A DNA stretch of 42,253 bases from an uncultured Candidatus Saccharibacteria bacterium (GTDB taxonomy: Bacteria; Patescibacteriota; JACPGU01): the NCBI GenBank assembly GCA_964355795.1, contig CAYHEQ010000004.1, positions 1 to 42,253 on the forward strand. The letters are read 5' to 3'. The notes under the pieces are model-generated. The model saw nothing but the letters and a program-made list of their open reading frames with translations, made no database searches and was not told the origin of the DNA. The translations under genes were made by a program, and so were the position numbers. Positions 11,431 to 20,541 of this stretch are shown piece by piece. Position 1 is the first letter of the stretch. Each line of letters starts with the position of its first letter.

Positions 11431-11550
11431 GGATAGAGGCGATATTTTTTAAATTTCTTAATTTTTTATTTTCTTAACTTCAATATATCATACGAGAAAT
11501 ATTTTTGGGACAAGGAAGATGCCTTTCCCCAAAAAACCTATTTTCCGCGA

Positions 11551-13443
11551 TTATACCTCTATCACCACTGGAATGACCATTGGTCGGCGCTTGGTGCCTT
11601 TGTAGAGATAATCACCGATATCGTCGCGCAAAGTTTCTTTAGTGCCTTTCCATTCGTCTCGGCCTTTGCCGTGACGATTGACGATATTTTTAATCTCCGA
11701 GCGAGCGCCCTGAATCAAAGCTTCCGCCTCTCTCATATAGACAAAGCCACGCGAAATAATGTCTGGTGAAGTCATCATCTTGCCGGATCTCTTGTCCACG
11801 GTCACGATAATAACAAAGAGGCCCTCTTGCGCCATCGCTTGACGATCGCGAAGCACGATATTGCCAATATCGCCCACACCCAAACCATCCACCATCACTG
11901 CTCCCACAGGCACTCTTTTCGGTGATACTTGCACTCCTCGCTCATCAATCTCCACCACATTGCCGTCTTCGGTCATAATAATCTTTTCTTCGGGTAAGCC
12001 GTTCCTCAAGGCCATTTCCTTGTTGGCCACTAAATGATGGTAGTCGCCATGGACTGGCATATAGTATTTTGGCTTGACTCGGCGATACATTTCTTGAATC
12101 TCGTCGTAAAATCCGTGTCCCGAAACATGCACCTCCATTTGTTCGTTGTGAATTACCCGAGGCCCCATGCGGAGCAAATCATCCATCATCCGAAAAATAG
12201 CTTCTTCGTTACCCGGAATAGGGGAAGAAGAAAGAATAATCATATCGGTCGGCTTGATATTGATTTGGGCGTGATCGCCAGTGGACATTCTCACTAGGGC
12301 CGAATACTGTTGACCTTGAGAACCAGTGCTGATAATAATGACACTTTTGTCTGGATATTTGTCTATCTCATAAAGTGGGATTAGCAAATCATCAGGCATT
12401 TTCAAATACCCCAGTTTGCAGGCCACTTCTATATTGTTTTGCATAGAACGACCAGAAATAGCTATCTTTCGGCCTAGCTTTATCGCCGTATTCATCACTT
12501 GTTGGATTCTTGCAATCTGCGAAGCGAAACAGGCCACGATAATTCGCCCCTTGGCTTGACCAAAGGCTTCTACGAAAGCTTCATCCACCACTTTGGCCGA
12601 CAAAGAATGTCCCTTGCGATCTATATTAGTACTATCAGGAGCCAAAATCAAAGCGCCACCGGCTTTTTGACACATGGCTTCCAGCTTTTCAAAATCAGTC
12701 GTCCAGCCATCTACCGGCGTTGGGTCAATGCGAAAATCTCCGGTCTGAATAATCAATCCGTAAGGAGTATGAATGCCGTAGCCCACGCTTTCCGGCACCG
12801 AGTGAGCGACACGAAAAGGTTCAATGCGAAAGACCCCCAGACGCAAAACTTCTTCGGAATCAATCACCTGCACTTTGACGCTAGCCAGATGTTTGTATTC
12901 TGAAAGTTTTCTCTCAATCAATCCGGCCGTAATCCTAGTGCCAAAAATAGGCACTCCGGCTAATTCTGGGATGAGATGAGGGATCGCCCCCATGTGGTCT
13001 TCATGACCGTGGGTAATCAAAATCCCGCGAATTTTGTCTTTGCGATCGCGAAGATACGAAATGTCCGGAATGAGATAATCAATGCCGTGCATATCCGAAT
13101 CGGGAAAAGCGATACCCATATCCACAATTATAATATCGCCCCCGTTCGGCAGGAGGGGATCGTCATATTCATAGACCATCATATTTTTACAAATCTTGCC
13201 CACTCCGCCCAAAGGTATCATTTTGAGGCGAGCCTTTTTGGGCAGATAGGCCCTGTGGTCGCTATTTTGCTGGCCGTTTTGGCCGTTGTTTTGGCCATTT
13301 TTGTGACCATTGCCATTGATGGGACCATTAGTCACCAAATGATGGCGAGAACCTCTCGCCACATTTCTGTTGCGAGAATTGCGAGAAGAATGTTTCTTCC
13401 CGCTGTTTTCATTTTTTCTATTTTCCATATTTTTGTTTAACAC
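11551..13443 (-). CDS. rnj: ribonuclease J
   Basis: Metallo-beta-lactamase motif ITHGHEDHMGAIP, beta-CASP region and C-terminal domain. About 75 aa of N/G/R/H-rich N-terminal extension. Confidence 0.9.
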   Translation of the reverse strand: MLNKNMENRKNENSGKKHSSRNSRNRNVARGSRHHLVTNGPINGNGHKNGQNNGQNGQQNSDHRAYLPKKARLKMIPLGGVGKICKNMMVYEYDDPLLPNGGDIIIVDMGIAFPDSDMHGIDYLIPDISYLRDRKDKIRGILITHGHEDHMGAIPHLIPELAGVPIFGTRITAGLIERKLSEYKHLASVKVQVIDSEEVLRLGVFRIEPFRVAHSVPESVGYGIHTPYGLIIQTGDFRIDPTPVDGWTTDFEKLEAMCQKAGGALILAPDSTNIDRKGHSLSAKVVDEAFVEAFGQAKGRIIVACFASQIARIQQVMNTAIKLGRKIAISGRSMQNNIEVACKLGYLKMPDDLLIPLYEIDKYPDKSVIIISTGSQGQQYSALVRMSTGDHAQINIKPTDMIILSSSPIPGNEEAIFRMMDDLLRMGPRVIHNEQMEVHVSGHGFYDEIQEMYRRVKPKYYMPVHGDYHHLVANKEMALRNGLPEEKIIMTEDGNVVEIDERGVQVSPKRVPVGAVMVDGLGVGDIGNIVLRDRQAMAQEGLFVIIVTVDKRSGKMMTSPDIISRGFVYMREAEALIQGARSEIKNIVNRHGKGRDEWKGTKETLRDDIGDYLYKGTKRRPMVIPVVIEV

Positions 13444-13488
13444 TCACGCCCAAGAGATCAGCGTTTTTCTAATATTTTAGTGATAATT

Positions 13489-13689
13489 TTATGATTCTTC
13501 TAATATTATTTTCTTTTCAAAGCCTCCTTTTTTATTCAATTTTTCTTCCTTAATTTTTTCTATTGCTGATTTTTCAAATCCTTTAGCGACACAAATAGCG
13601 TCAATAACTTCTAGTATATCTGCGATTTCTTCAGCAGATTCATCTCGTAGAAGCTCATTTGTGTGGTAGTCGGAACCTAGTTCCGACAC
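13489..13689 (-). CDS. MazG-like NTP pyrophosphohydrolase fragment, possibly 5'-truncated
   Basis: ESAEEIADILEVIDAICVAKGF...KKGGFEKKIILEE resembles the C-terminal half of ~100-aa MazG-type proteins. The first EExxE helix is missing. The hairpin repeat at 13704-13729 lies immediately upstream. Confidence 0.4.
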   Translation of the reverse strand: MSELGSDYHTNELLRDESAEEIADILEVIDAICVAKGFEKSAIEKIKEEKLNKKGGFEKKIILEES

Positions 13690-13703
13690 TCTTAATTCTT
13701 TTC

Positions 13704-13729
13704 TGTCGGATGTAGCATCCGACTAGCAC
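13704..13729 (+). repeat. TGTCGGATGTAGCATCCGACTAGCAC hairpin element, copy 1
   Basis: Exact 26-nt copy of 39200-39225. The stem is gtcggatg/catccgac. Confidence 0.85.
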
Positions 13730-13771
13730 GATATTTGAGATAATTCGCATCTGGATTCGCATACCCAGCGA

Positions 13772-15862
13772 CTATTTCTCACTCGCCTTTTTCATAGAAA
13801 AATTGAGTCGTCCCATATCGTCAATTTCTTTCAAGAATACTTTCACTTCTTGGCCGACTTTGAGATGATCCTCTACTTTGTTCACTCGCTCGTTGGCGAT
13901 CTCCGAAATATGCACCAAGCCTTCTTGCCCGGACATAATAGCCACAAAGGCGCCGAAGTCCATAATGCGCGTGACCGTACCATTGTAAGTTTTGCCAACT
14001 TCTGGCTCTTCTACCAATCCCTCTATCATCGAGCGAGCCTTGGCTAGACCTTCCAGATTGACGGAAAAGATGAAGACGCTCCCGTCTTGCTCAATATCAA
14101 TTTCGGCGCCAGTTTCAGCGATAATCTTGTTGATAATTTTGCCACCCGGCCCGATAATGTCGCGAATTTTGTCCGGATTGATTTTAATCGTCTCCATTCT
14201 TGGCGCGTGAGGCGACATTTCTTTGCGTGGTTCTGGTAGAACCGCTAACATTTTTTCCAAAATTTCTAGCCGACCCTTTTCGCCTTGAGTAAAGATGTCT
14301 TTGATCATCGGGAGCGTCAAGCCATCATTTTTCACATCCAGCTGAATAGCGGTAATGCCCGCTTTGGTGCCGGCGATTTTGAAATCCATATCGCCATGAT
14401 GATCTTCGGTGCCAGCGATATCGGACAATACTTTGTAATTATCCTTTTCATCTGTTACCAACCCCATAGCAATACCCGAAACTGGCGCCGTGATAGGCAC
14501 CCCCGCGTCCATTAGCGAAAGAGTGGAGGCGCAAGTAGAGCCCATAGAGGTGGAACCATCAGACGATAACGCTTCTGACACCAAACGAATAGTGTAAGGA
14601 AACGATTCTTCGGAGGGCAAAACAGGAATCAAAGCTTTTTCGGCTAAAGCCCCATGACCGATTTCTCTCCTGCCAGCCGAACGCAAAGGCTTGGCCTCGC
14701 CGACTGAATAGGGAGGGAAATTGTAGTGGTGCATATATCTTTTCTTTGTATCTTCTTCCATAGAATCAATAATCTGCGCCATACTCTTGGAGCCAAGAGT
14801 TGTTACATTCAAAATCTGCGTATAGCCTCGATTGAATAGGGCTGAACCATGCACGCGAGGAAGTAGCGAAGTTTCACAAGATATTGGGCGAACCTCATCT
14901 AATTTTCTCCCACCGATTCTTTGCCCTTTTTCCAACACATTAGTTCGCAAAATCTTTTGTGCCACTCTATCAAAATAATCGGCAACTAGTTTCTTCTTTT
15001 CTTCGTCTTCTTTGTATTTTTCTATCAAAGGATCAAGAATATCGGCGAAAGCTTGACTCATATCTACCTTATCGGCTAGCTCATAGGCTTTCTCAATAGC
15101 GGATGAGGTTTCCTTCTCAATTGTCATCAAAAATTGTTCATCCAAGATTACTTCAAAAGGCCTCTTTTTCAAACCATGCTTTTTGATCAATCCTTCTTGG
15201 AATTTGATTAGAGTCTGATTTTCTTTGTGAGCAAAGGTAATCGCTTCCAGCACTTTATCTTGTGGTACTTGATTCCCGGCGCATTCAATCATCACCACCT
15301 TCTTGTTCGTTGAAACAACCACTAGATCGAGCGGTGAAGTTTTTAATTGCGATTCAGTAGGATTCAAAACCAATTTGTCATCAACTATCCCTACGCGCGC
15401 CAAAGCGATCGGTCCATCCCATGGAATATCAGATAGCGACAGGACTAGAGACACCGCCACCATAGCGGGCACTTTGCAGTCGTTTTCCTGATCATAAGAA
15501 AGTGCCGTAGCTATCACTTGCACATCATAGAAATATCCTCTTGGAAAAAGTGGCCTAATGGGTCTATCAATAAGACGAGAGTTGAGAACAGCGTCTTCTG
15601 ATGGTCGGCCTTCTCTTTTGATAAACCGGGAACCAGAAATCTTCCCTGCCGCGTACATCTTCTCTTCATAATCAACAGTCAGGGGCAAGAAGTCCTGATC
15701 TTCATTTCTTTTTTTGTGCGGTGAGACGACAGACGCAAAAATGGTGGTGTCGCCATAACGAACGGTCAGCGCGGCGTCAGCTTGTTTGGCCAATTTGCCA
15801 AATTCAACAATTAATTCGCGACCGGCGAATTCAATAGATTCTTTGAAATATTCCTTCTTCAT
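13772..15862 (-). CDS. pnp: polyribonucleotide nucleotidyltransferase (PNPase)
   Basis: Two RNase PH domains, then KH (GPGGKIINKIIAETGAEIDI) and S1 (GKTYNGTVTRIMDFGAFV) domains. The start is set at ATG 15862, preceded by GGAGG 8 nt upstream, rather than the track start 15937. Confidence 0.95.
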   Translation of the reverse strand: MKKEYFKESIEFAGRELIVEFGKLAKQADAALTVRYGDTTIFASVVSPHKKRNEDQDFLPLTVDYEEKMYAAGKISGSRFIKREGRPSEDAVLNSRLIDRPIRPLFPRGYFYDVQVIATALSYDQENDCKVPAMVAVSLVLSLSDIPWDGPIALARVGIVDDKLVLNPTESQLKTSPLDLVVVSTNKKVVMIECAGNQVPQDKVLEAITFAHKENQTLIKFQEGLIKKHGLKKRPFEVILDEQFLMTIEKETSSAIEKAYELADKVDMSQAFADILDPLIEKYKEDEEKKKLVADYFDRVAQKILRTNVLEKGQRIGGRKLDEVRPISCETSLLPRVHGSALFNRGYTQILNVTTLGSKSMAQIIDSMEEDTKKRYMHHYNFPPYSVGEAKPLRSAGRREIGHGALAEKALIPVLPSEESFPYTIRLVSEALSSDGSTSMGSTCASTLSLMDAGVPITAPVSGIAMGLVTDEKDNYKVLSDIAGTEDHHGDMDFKIAGTKAGITAIQLDVKNDGLTLPMIKDIFTQGEKGRLEILEKMLAVLPEPRKEMSPHAPRMETIKINPDKIRDIIGPGGKIINKIIAETGAEIDIEQDGSVFIFSVNLEGLAKARSMIEGLVEEPEVGKTYNGTVTRIMDFGAFVAIMSGQEGLVHISEIANERVNKVEDHLKVGQEVKVFLKEIDDMGRLNFSMKKASEK

Positions 15863-15870
15863 AATTTTGC

Positions 15871-15890
15871 CTCCGACGCTACGGTCGGAG
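15871..15890. repeat. CCGAC..GTCGG hairpin overlapping the pnp Shine-Dalgarno
   Basis: ctccgac-gctacg-gtcggag. On the minus strand the 3' arm supplies the GGAG of the GGAGG in front of the pnp ATG. Confidence 0.65.
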
Positions 15891-16088
15891 CTCCTTTTTG
15901 AGATCGTCTGCAAGACAGATATAGGGTTGGACGTCAAAATATTTGGCGACTAACTCTACTTCTGTCGAAGCTAACAATCTCCGTTAATAATGTTGCTGTC
16001 CCTATTACTATACACTACGGATTTCTACGGATATACAGATAATTAATCAGTCCGTATATCCGTAATCATCCGTATGTGTCTAGTGATA

Positions 16089-16358
16089 TTATTTCCTTAG
16101 CCCCAATTCTTTCAACGTCTTTTCGTATTTTTTCGGATCGGATTTGGCCAGATATTTCAGCATTTTTCTCCTCTGGCCGACATTGGAAAGCAAGCCTCTC
16201 TTGCTCGAGAAGTCATGGATATTTTTCTGCAAATGAGAATTGAGCTTGTGAATCTTGGCAGTCAGCAGTGTTATCTGCACGGCCGGAGAACCGGTATCGC
16301 TATCGCTACCAGCTAGTCTCGTCATTTCTTTCTTTTTTTCTAATGTAGTCAACGCCAT
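16089..16358 (-). CDS. rpsO: 30S ribosomal protein S15
   Basis: GSPAVQITLLTAKIHKLNSHLQKNIHDFSSKRGLLSNVGQRRKMLKYL. Confidence 0.95.
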   Translation of the reverse strand: MALTTLEKKKEMTRLAGSDSDTGSPAVQITLLTAKIHKLNSHLQKNIHDFSSKRGLLSNVGQRRKMLKYLAKSDPKKYEKTLKELGLRK

Positions 16359-16413
16359 AAAAAACTACCCGTCTAGGGCCTAGAAAATCAAACAGTAATA
16401 CGATATTGAGTTC

Positions 16414-16424
16414 ATTCTAGCACA
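16414..16424 (-). promoter_or_regulatory. extended -10 promoter-like motif upstream of rpsO
   Basis: The minus strand reads tgtgctagaat, about 55 nt upstream of the rpsO ATG. Confidence 0.4.
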
Positions 16425-16458
16425 GATTGAAAAATATGTCAAAACCAGAGATATGGTT

Positions 16459-17052
16459 TCAAGAATCTCTTGGTTTGTCCAAATCACCCAGAGAGAAACC
16501 AAGACCTTCAAATATCAGATTTCTCAAATATATAGCGCCCACAAACAAAGCTCCTTCGATATCCGTACCAGTCTTGAATGCTCCATTCTTCAGCGCGTCG
16601 ACTATATCGGGATAATACTTCGGTAACTCTTTCACAACAGACAGTATAGCCTCTTCGGCGTCATAAGCATTATTTATGTTCTGATCTTTTATAATCTTAA
16701 GTAATTGGTCTTTTTTGTCTTCAATGATTTTTTTAATTCCGCTTTCTTCTAATATAGACCGACCAAGTTCGTTCAGTTGTCTTGGCGAATGCGCCGACGC
16801 GAATCTGTCCTTCCACAAAGTGTCTACTTTATCCTCAACAGCCATGAATCTTTCCCTAACATCTTTCAGGTCAGGTTTTATTTCTTTTAGCGTGTCGCTA
16901 ATGTTGCTAACTGATTTTTTTAGTGTTCCCCATGCGACACCGATACCGATGAGGAAAACGATTGCCCCTATAATCACGTTTATTGTGCTGATTTGCAAAA
17001 CAGAGTTTTCCATGCTTTTTATTATAGATGAAAGTAAGAAAAGGTAAAGCAT
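16459..17052 (-). CDS. hypothetical membrane-anchored protein
   Basis: 197 aa with one TM helix (INVIIGAIVFLIGIGVAWGTL) followed by a helical soluble part. No family recognised. Confidence 0.5.
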   Translation of the reverse strand: MLYLFLLSSIIKSMENSVLQISTINVIIGAIVFLIGIGVAWGTLKKSVSNISDTLKEIKPDLKDVRERFMAVEDKVDTLWKDRFASAHSPRQLNELGRSILEESGIKKIIEDKKDQLLKIIKDQNINNAYDAEEAILSVVKELPKYYPDIVDALKNGAFKTGTDIEGALFVGAIYLRNLIFEGLGFSLGDLDKPRDS

Positions 17053-17092
17053 AATCCTTTGTAATTTTTTAATTTCTCAATTTTTTATTTTA

Positions 17093-18607
17093 TTACTCAA
17101 AGTCTCCATCCTCGTCCCAATCATTGACGACAATACGGGGCTTTTCCCCTTGCTGGGCTTCTTGTTCTAGTTTAGTAAAATTAATCTTTTCTTCGCCCCT
17201 TTTTTCCCGAGATTTGATAATTCGCTCCAAGATTGAACCTTTGACTTCTTCTATCTTGGGCGTATCCGAGTCTATATCGGAAAGACTGGGCGCGTAGAGT
17301 GCGTGGTCATCAATAGCCTTGACCTCTTTGGAAACAACTGGCGCGGGAGAAGCAACTACCGATGCCACTGGTTTTTCAAAAATAACTTTTTCTTCTTTCC
17401 CTTTAGCTAGAATAGGCGCTGACTTGGCCACGCCCAGATATTGGTAAATTTTTTCAAAAGCTAGTTTCTCGGCTTCGGCCAAAGAGGTGTTTTCTAACTT
17501 AAATCCAGAAGCCTGCTTGTGACCACCACCGCCCAAGAGCAGACAAATTTTGTCCGCTTCCAAGGAAGAATCTTCCACGGTCCTAATACTACCGGTCACT
17601 AGCCCTTTTTCTCTTTCCACCAACAACATGAATATTTTGGCCCCGGGAGCGGTGATCATCAAATCGCCCAACACTTGTCCGAAATTAGTATTTTGAAAAC
17701 CGCCCTTCTCCACTTCATGTAAAGAGAGGGTGGACCAGACTATTTTGTTCTCTTTATCTTCTTTGATATTAGCCAGGATAGAACCCCAAGCCTTCAAAGT
17801 ATTAACCGAATGAGTTCTGTAGATATTTTTAATAATCTCGTATCTCTGCGCGCCAGCGGCGATTAATTGCGCAGCGACAGTCAGAGACTTGGGAGTCGTA
17901 TTGCTATTTTGAAATCTATCCGTATCAGTCAAAATACCGGCCAAAAGCAAAGTGGCCACTTCCTTGTCCAGCAAGGTTTTGTCCAAAGCTTCAATCATAG
18001 AAACTAAGATCTCGGCGGTAGCGGTAGCGGTGGAATCAATGAGGTTGATGTCGCCAAAATAATTGTTGGTCACATGATGGTCAATCACTACTAGAGGCAC
18101 GCCTTGAAAAGCTTCTTTATTATCAGAAAAAGCGCCGTTGACGCGGTCTAGACTCCCGACATCCAAGATAATTATCAAATCATAAGGGTTACCAGTATGT
18201 TCAATAGACAAATCTTCTTTACTGATAGTGCCTTCAGCTGGAGAAATCACCAATCGTACTTCATTTTCACTGTCTTTGTGATAGCTGATTTTGCCCACTT
18301 TGCCAGCCGGGCTTTTGATTTTGACCACCACATCGCGATTCAATTGCAAATGTTCGGAAATAATTGTGTGTTGGGGTAAAAATTTGTAGACATCGCTGAC
18401 ACCTTCGGGTACTACCGCGTCCACTTTTTTGCCCAGCTTTTCCAAGATCAGCTTCATGGCGATAGTAGAGGAGATAGCGTCGCAATCCGGACGCACATGA
18501 GTTAACACCAAAATCCTTTGGGACTTTTTGATGAGTTCAATGATTTGTTGCTTGGGGCTAGGGTCTCTGACCATAGAGTCATTTGAGCCTACTTTTAGGG
18601 GATCCAT
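17093..18607 (-). CDS. DHH/DHHA1 phosphoesterase (NrnA-like) with a C-terminal extension
   Basis: Motifs HVRPDCDAISS, IDHH and GGGGHKQASGF. About 130 extra C-terminal residues. Confidence 0.85.
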   Translation of the reverse strand: MDPLKVGSNDSMVRDPSPKQQIIELIKKSQRILVLTHVRPDCDAISSTIAMKLILEKLGKKVDAVVPEGVSDVYKFLPQHTIISEHLQLNRDVVVKIKSPAGKVGKISYHKDSENEVRLVISPAEGTISKEDLSIEHTGNPYDLIIILDVGSLDRVNGAFSDNKEAFQGVPLVVIDHHVTNNYFGDINLIDSTATATAEILVSMIEALDKTLLDKEVATLLLAGILTDTDRFQNSNTTPKSLTVAAQLIAAGAQRYEIIKNIYRTHSVNTLKAWGSILANIKEDKENKIVWSTLSLHEVEKGGFQNTNFGQVLGDLMITAPGAKIFMLLVEREKGLVTGSIRTVEDSSLEADKICLLLGGGGHKQASGFKLENTSLAEAEKLAFEKIYQYLGVAKSAPILAKGKEEKVIFEKPVASVVASPAPVVSKEVKAIDDHALYAPSLSDIDSDTPKIEEVKGSILERIIKSREKRGEEKINFTKLEQEAQQGEKPRIVVNDWDEDGDFE

Positions 18608-18673
18608 ATCCTGAAAGATTAGTATATAAGGAAAAAATCTTCTTCACAAGAGAGATTCTTGCGCTGAAGTTAC

Positions 18674-18702
18674 ATTATATCACAAAATCAGAGTAAAGTC
18701 AA
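18674..18702 (-). promoter_or_regulatory. near-consensus sigma70-type promoter for the DHH phosphoesterase gene
   Basis: The minus strand reads TTGACT-17 nt-TATAAT with TG at the extended -10 position (ttgactttactctgattttgtgatataat). Confidence 0.6.
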
Positions 18703-18890
18703 CTTTTTGAGTAAAAACAGGAGCGAAAATGCCCCCATCACTTCTTTTTTGTTTTCACCCTGTACTCTTCCTTGTATATCCCTCTCAATTCTTTTTGGAT
18801 ATCTTGCGTATTCGCATGCGAACGGCTGGCTGGGTTCGGTTTCTCCTCAAAAAGAACAAGAAGCCCCAAATAGGACCTCTTGATTCCAAG

Positions 18891-19015
18891 AAACTTCGGA
18901 ACGAGCTCGCCAATTAGGATTAGCATTGTGAGGGTTGATTCTATTGACGTTCAACTTGTCATTGATGCCATTCCAGTTCACAATCACGACATTGCCATCG
19001 GCATCGCGCGAGCTA
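18891..19015 (-). repeat. DGR-type template repeat (TR)
   Basis: 125 bp matching 19360-19484. All 15 differences have A on the minus strand here. The implied translation is Asn-rich (NWNGINDKLNVNRINPHNANPNW). Confidence 0.85.
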
Positions 19016-19295
19016 AATTTTGTCTGACTCCCTCCGCATGCCACCGGCTTTCTTTTGCAAGATTCCTGTGTTCTCCCTTCGTCTCAAAGGGCTATGTTTC
19101 CGACCAATATCTTTGAGGAATATATGTCGCGCAGAATCAGACAAGCAGTTTCTCTAAAATGTGGCAAACCGCTATCCCCCACCACTCGCACTTTCTAAAA
19201 GCCAATCACATCATCAGAACAAGAATCGTTTTCTAAAATACACGAGTGGCGGGGGACCGATTGTATTAGCCAAAGATTATTTTAGCAAAACAAAA

Positions 19296-19323
19296 CCCCC
19301 GCGTCAAAACCACAACGCGGGGG
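19296..19323 (-). other. GC-rich hairpin 36 nt downstream of the VR
   Basis: cccccgcg-tcaaaaccacaa-cgcggggg, an 8-bp G/C stem just past the target gene stop. Confidence 0.6.
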
Positions 19324-19357
19324 GAATCCAAAGGATTCAAGATTAAGGTTTCAAGGA

Positions 19358-20188
19358 TTAAACTGCGGAACGAGCCCGCCAATCAGGATAAGCATTGCGA
19401 GGGCTGAAACTATTGACGCGCAACCTGTCATCGATGCCACCCCAGTGCACAATCACGACATTGCCATCGGCATCGCGCGAGCTAGTAATTGTGACGGTCT
19501 TGAGGTCGAGATGTTGGCCGGTATTCCAGTGATACCAGAGCTCGAGAAGAAGGCGTTCCTCAAGAGTAATAATGTCCATGCCTTCTCCTCGACAGGCATC
19601 AGCGGATTTGTTTTTGTTCTCCTCGTCCGCTTCTTGACCACCACGGAACCATTTGAAGTAGGTTTGGCTGGTGTTGCGCGGAGCCTCAACTATTTGTGTG
19701 TTGAGATCATCGTAGAGCTTCCACGCCTTGCTACTAAAGCGATTCTTGCACTTGCCAAAAAGTTCTTCGCGAGTAAGCCCCTCCAAAACAGCCATTAGCC
19801 ACTGAGAGTCCTTGGGCTTTTCGTGGATGAAAGCACTGGAAAGATCCACTTCTTTTTTGAAGACATCGGAATAAAAACGCTGAAGTCCCTCGATCTGCGC
19901 GCTATAATCTCCGATGGATTCAGAGGTAATCTTGCCAGAGGAGAATGCCTCAAAAAGTTTTATGGCAGTGGCTGGGGAGATGCCTACGGGAAGCTTCACC
20001 CAGATTGCTTTTGCAACATCCTTTGTTTGTCGCAAAAGTTCCGATATCTTCTTCGCCAGTAGGGTCTTCTTCCCAATCCAATACTGCGCGTCTAGAGCCA
20101 ACAAGTCGGTAGGGATCGATTGTACGACAGCGCTTATCAGCTCCCTAAGCTGTTTGGCGCTAAGGACAGTTCTATCATCTTTCTTCAT
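19358..20188 (-). CDS. DGR target protein (hypothetical, C-terminal variable region)
   Basis: 276 aa, with AAAGGAGGA 7 nt upstream of the ATG. The last 41 codons coincide with the VR. No recognisable family otherwise. Confidence 0.8.
   Translation of the reverse strand: MKKDDRTVLSAKQLRELISAVVQSIPTDLLALDAQYWIGKKTLLAKKISELLRQTKDVAKAIWVKLPVGISPATAIKLFEAFSSGKITSESIGDYSAQIEGLQRFYSDVFKKEVDLSSAFIHEKPKDSQWLMAVLEGLTREELFGKCKNRFSSKAWKLYDDLNTQIVEAPRNTSQTYFKWFRGGQEADEENKNKSADACRGEGMDIITLEERLLLELWYHWNTGQHLDLKTVTITSSRDADGNVVIVHWGGIDDRLRVNSFSPRNAYPDWRARSAV
19360..19484 (-). repeat. DGR-type variable repeat (VR)
   Basis: Partner of 18891-19015 at an offset of 469. Carries G/C/A (plus strand) at the 15 positions where the TR has T. 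Confidence 0.85.
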
Positions 20189-20373
20189 GATAGACAGTTC
20201 CTCCTTTCGCGTTTTATGCCCGCCGGCGGTTTGCCTGTCGCCCTACGGGCGATCAGGGTATAGATTTTGAAGGTTCGTAGCTTCCGAACCCGACTACTGC
20301 CATTTTACTCCTTTTTGGCTCTGCTGTCAAATAAATCTAGTTGACTATCTCCACAGACCCCTCCGGCCAGTTT

Positions 20374-20384
20374 TGTGCTAGAAT
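20374..20384 (+). promoter_or_regulatory. extended -10 promoter-like motif upstream of the SpoIID gene
   Basis: tgtgctagaat on the plus strand. Confidence 0.35.
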
Positions 20385-20451
20385 GAGCGTGATGAAAAAC
20401 TTTTCCAAAACAAGAGAGCTTATGACTTTCGCATTTAACCTTCTCCGCAAA

Positions 20452-20489
20452 GATGTCCGACATCAAAGGATGCCCAGATGTCGGACATC
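20452..20489. repeat. 13-bp hairpin with loop AAAGGATGCCCA, copy 1
   Basis: gatgtccgacatc-aaaggatgccca-gatgtcggacatc, in the leader of the SpoIID gene. Confidence 0.85.
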
Positions 20490-20541
20490 AAAATACGCAC
20501 CGACCAATAGAAGCCACCTGTTGTCATACGGCAGACTAACG

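Noticed and set aside
18847-19044. 65-aa ORF on the minus strand
   Set aside because: It is simply the template repeat read in the target gene frame. It has no SD and no independent support.
20341-20541. N-terminal 67 residues of the SpoIID ORF as given in the track
   Set aside because: The segment contains a promoter-like motif and the 13-bp hairpin. The signal-anchor sequence begins at the Met at 20542.
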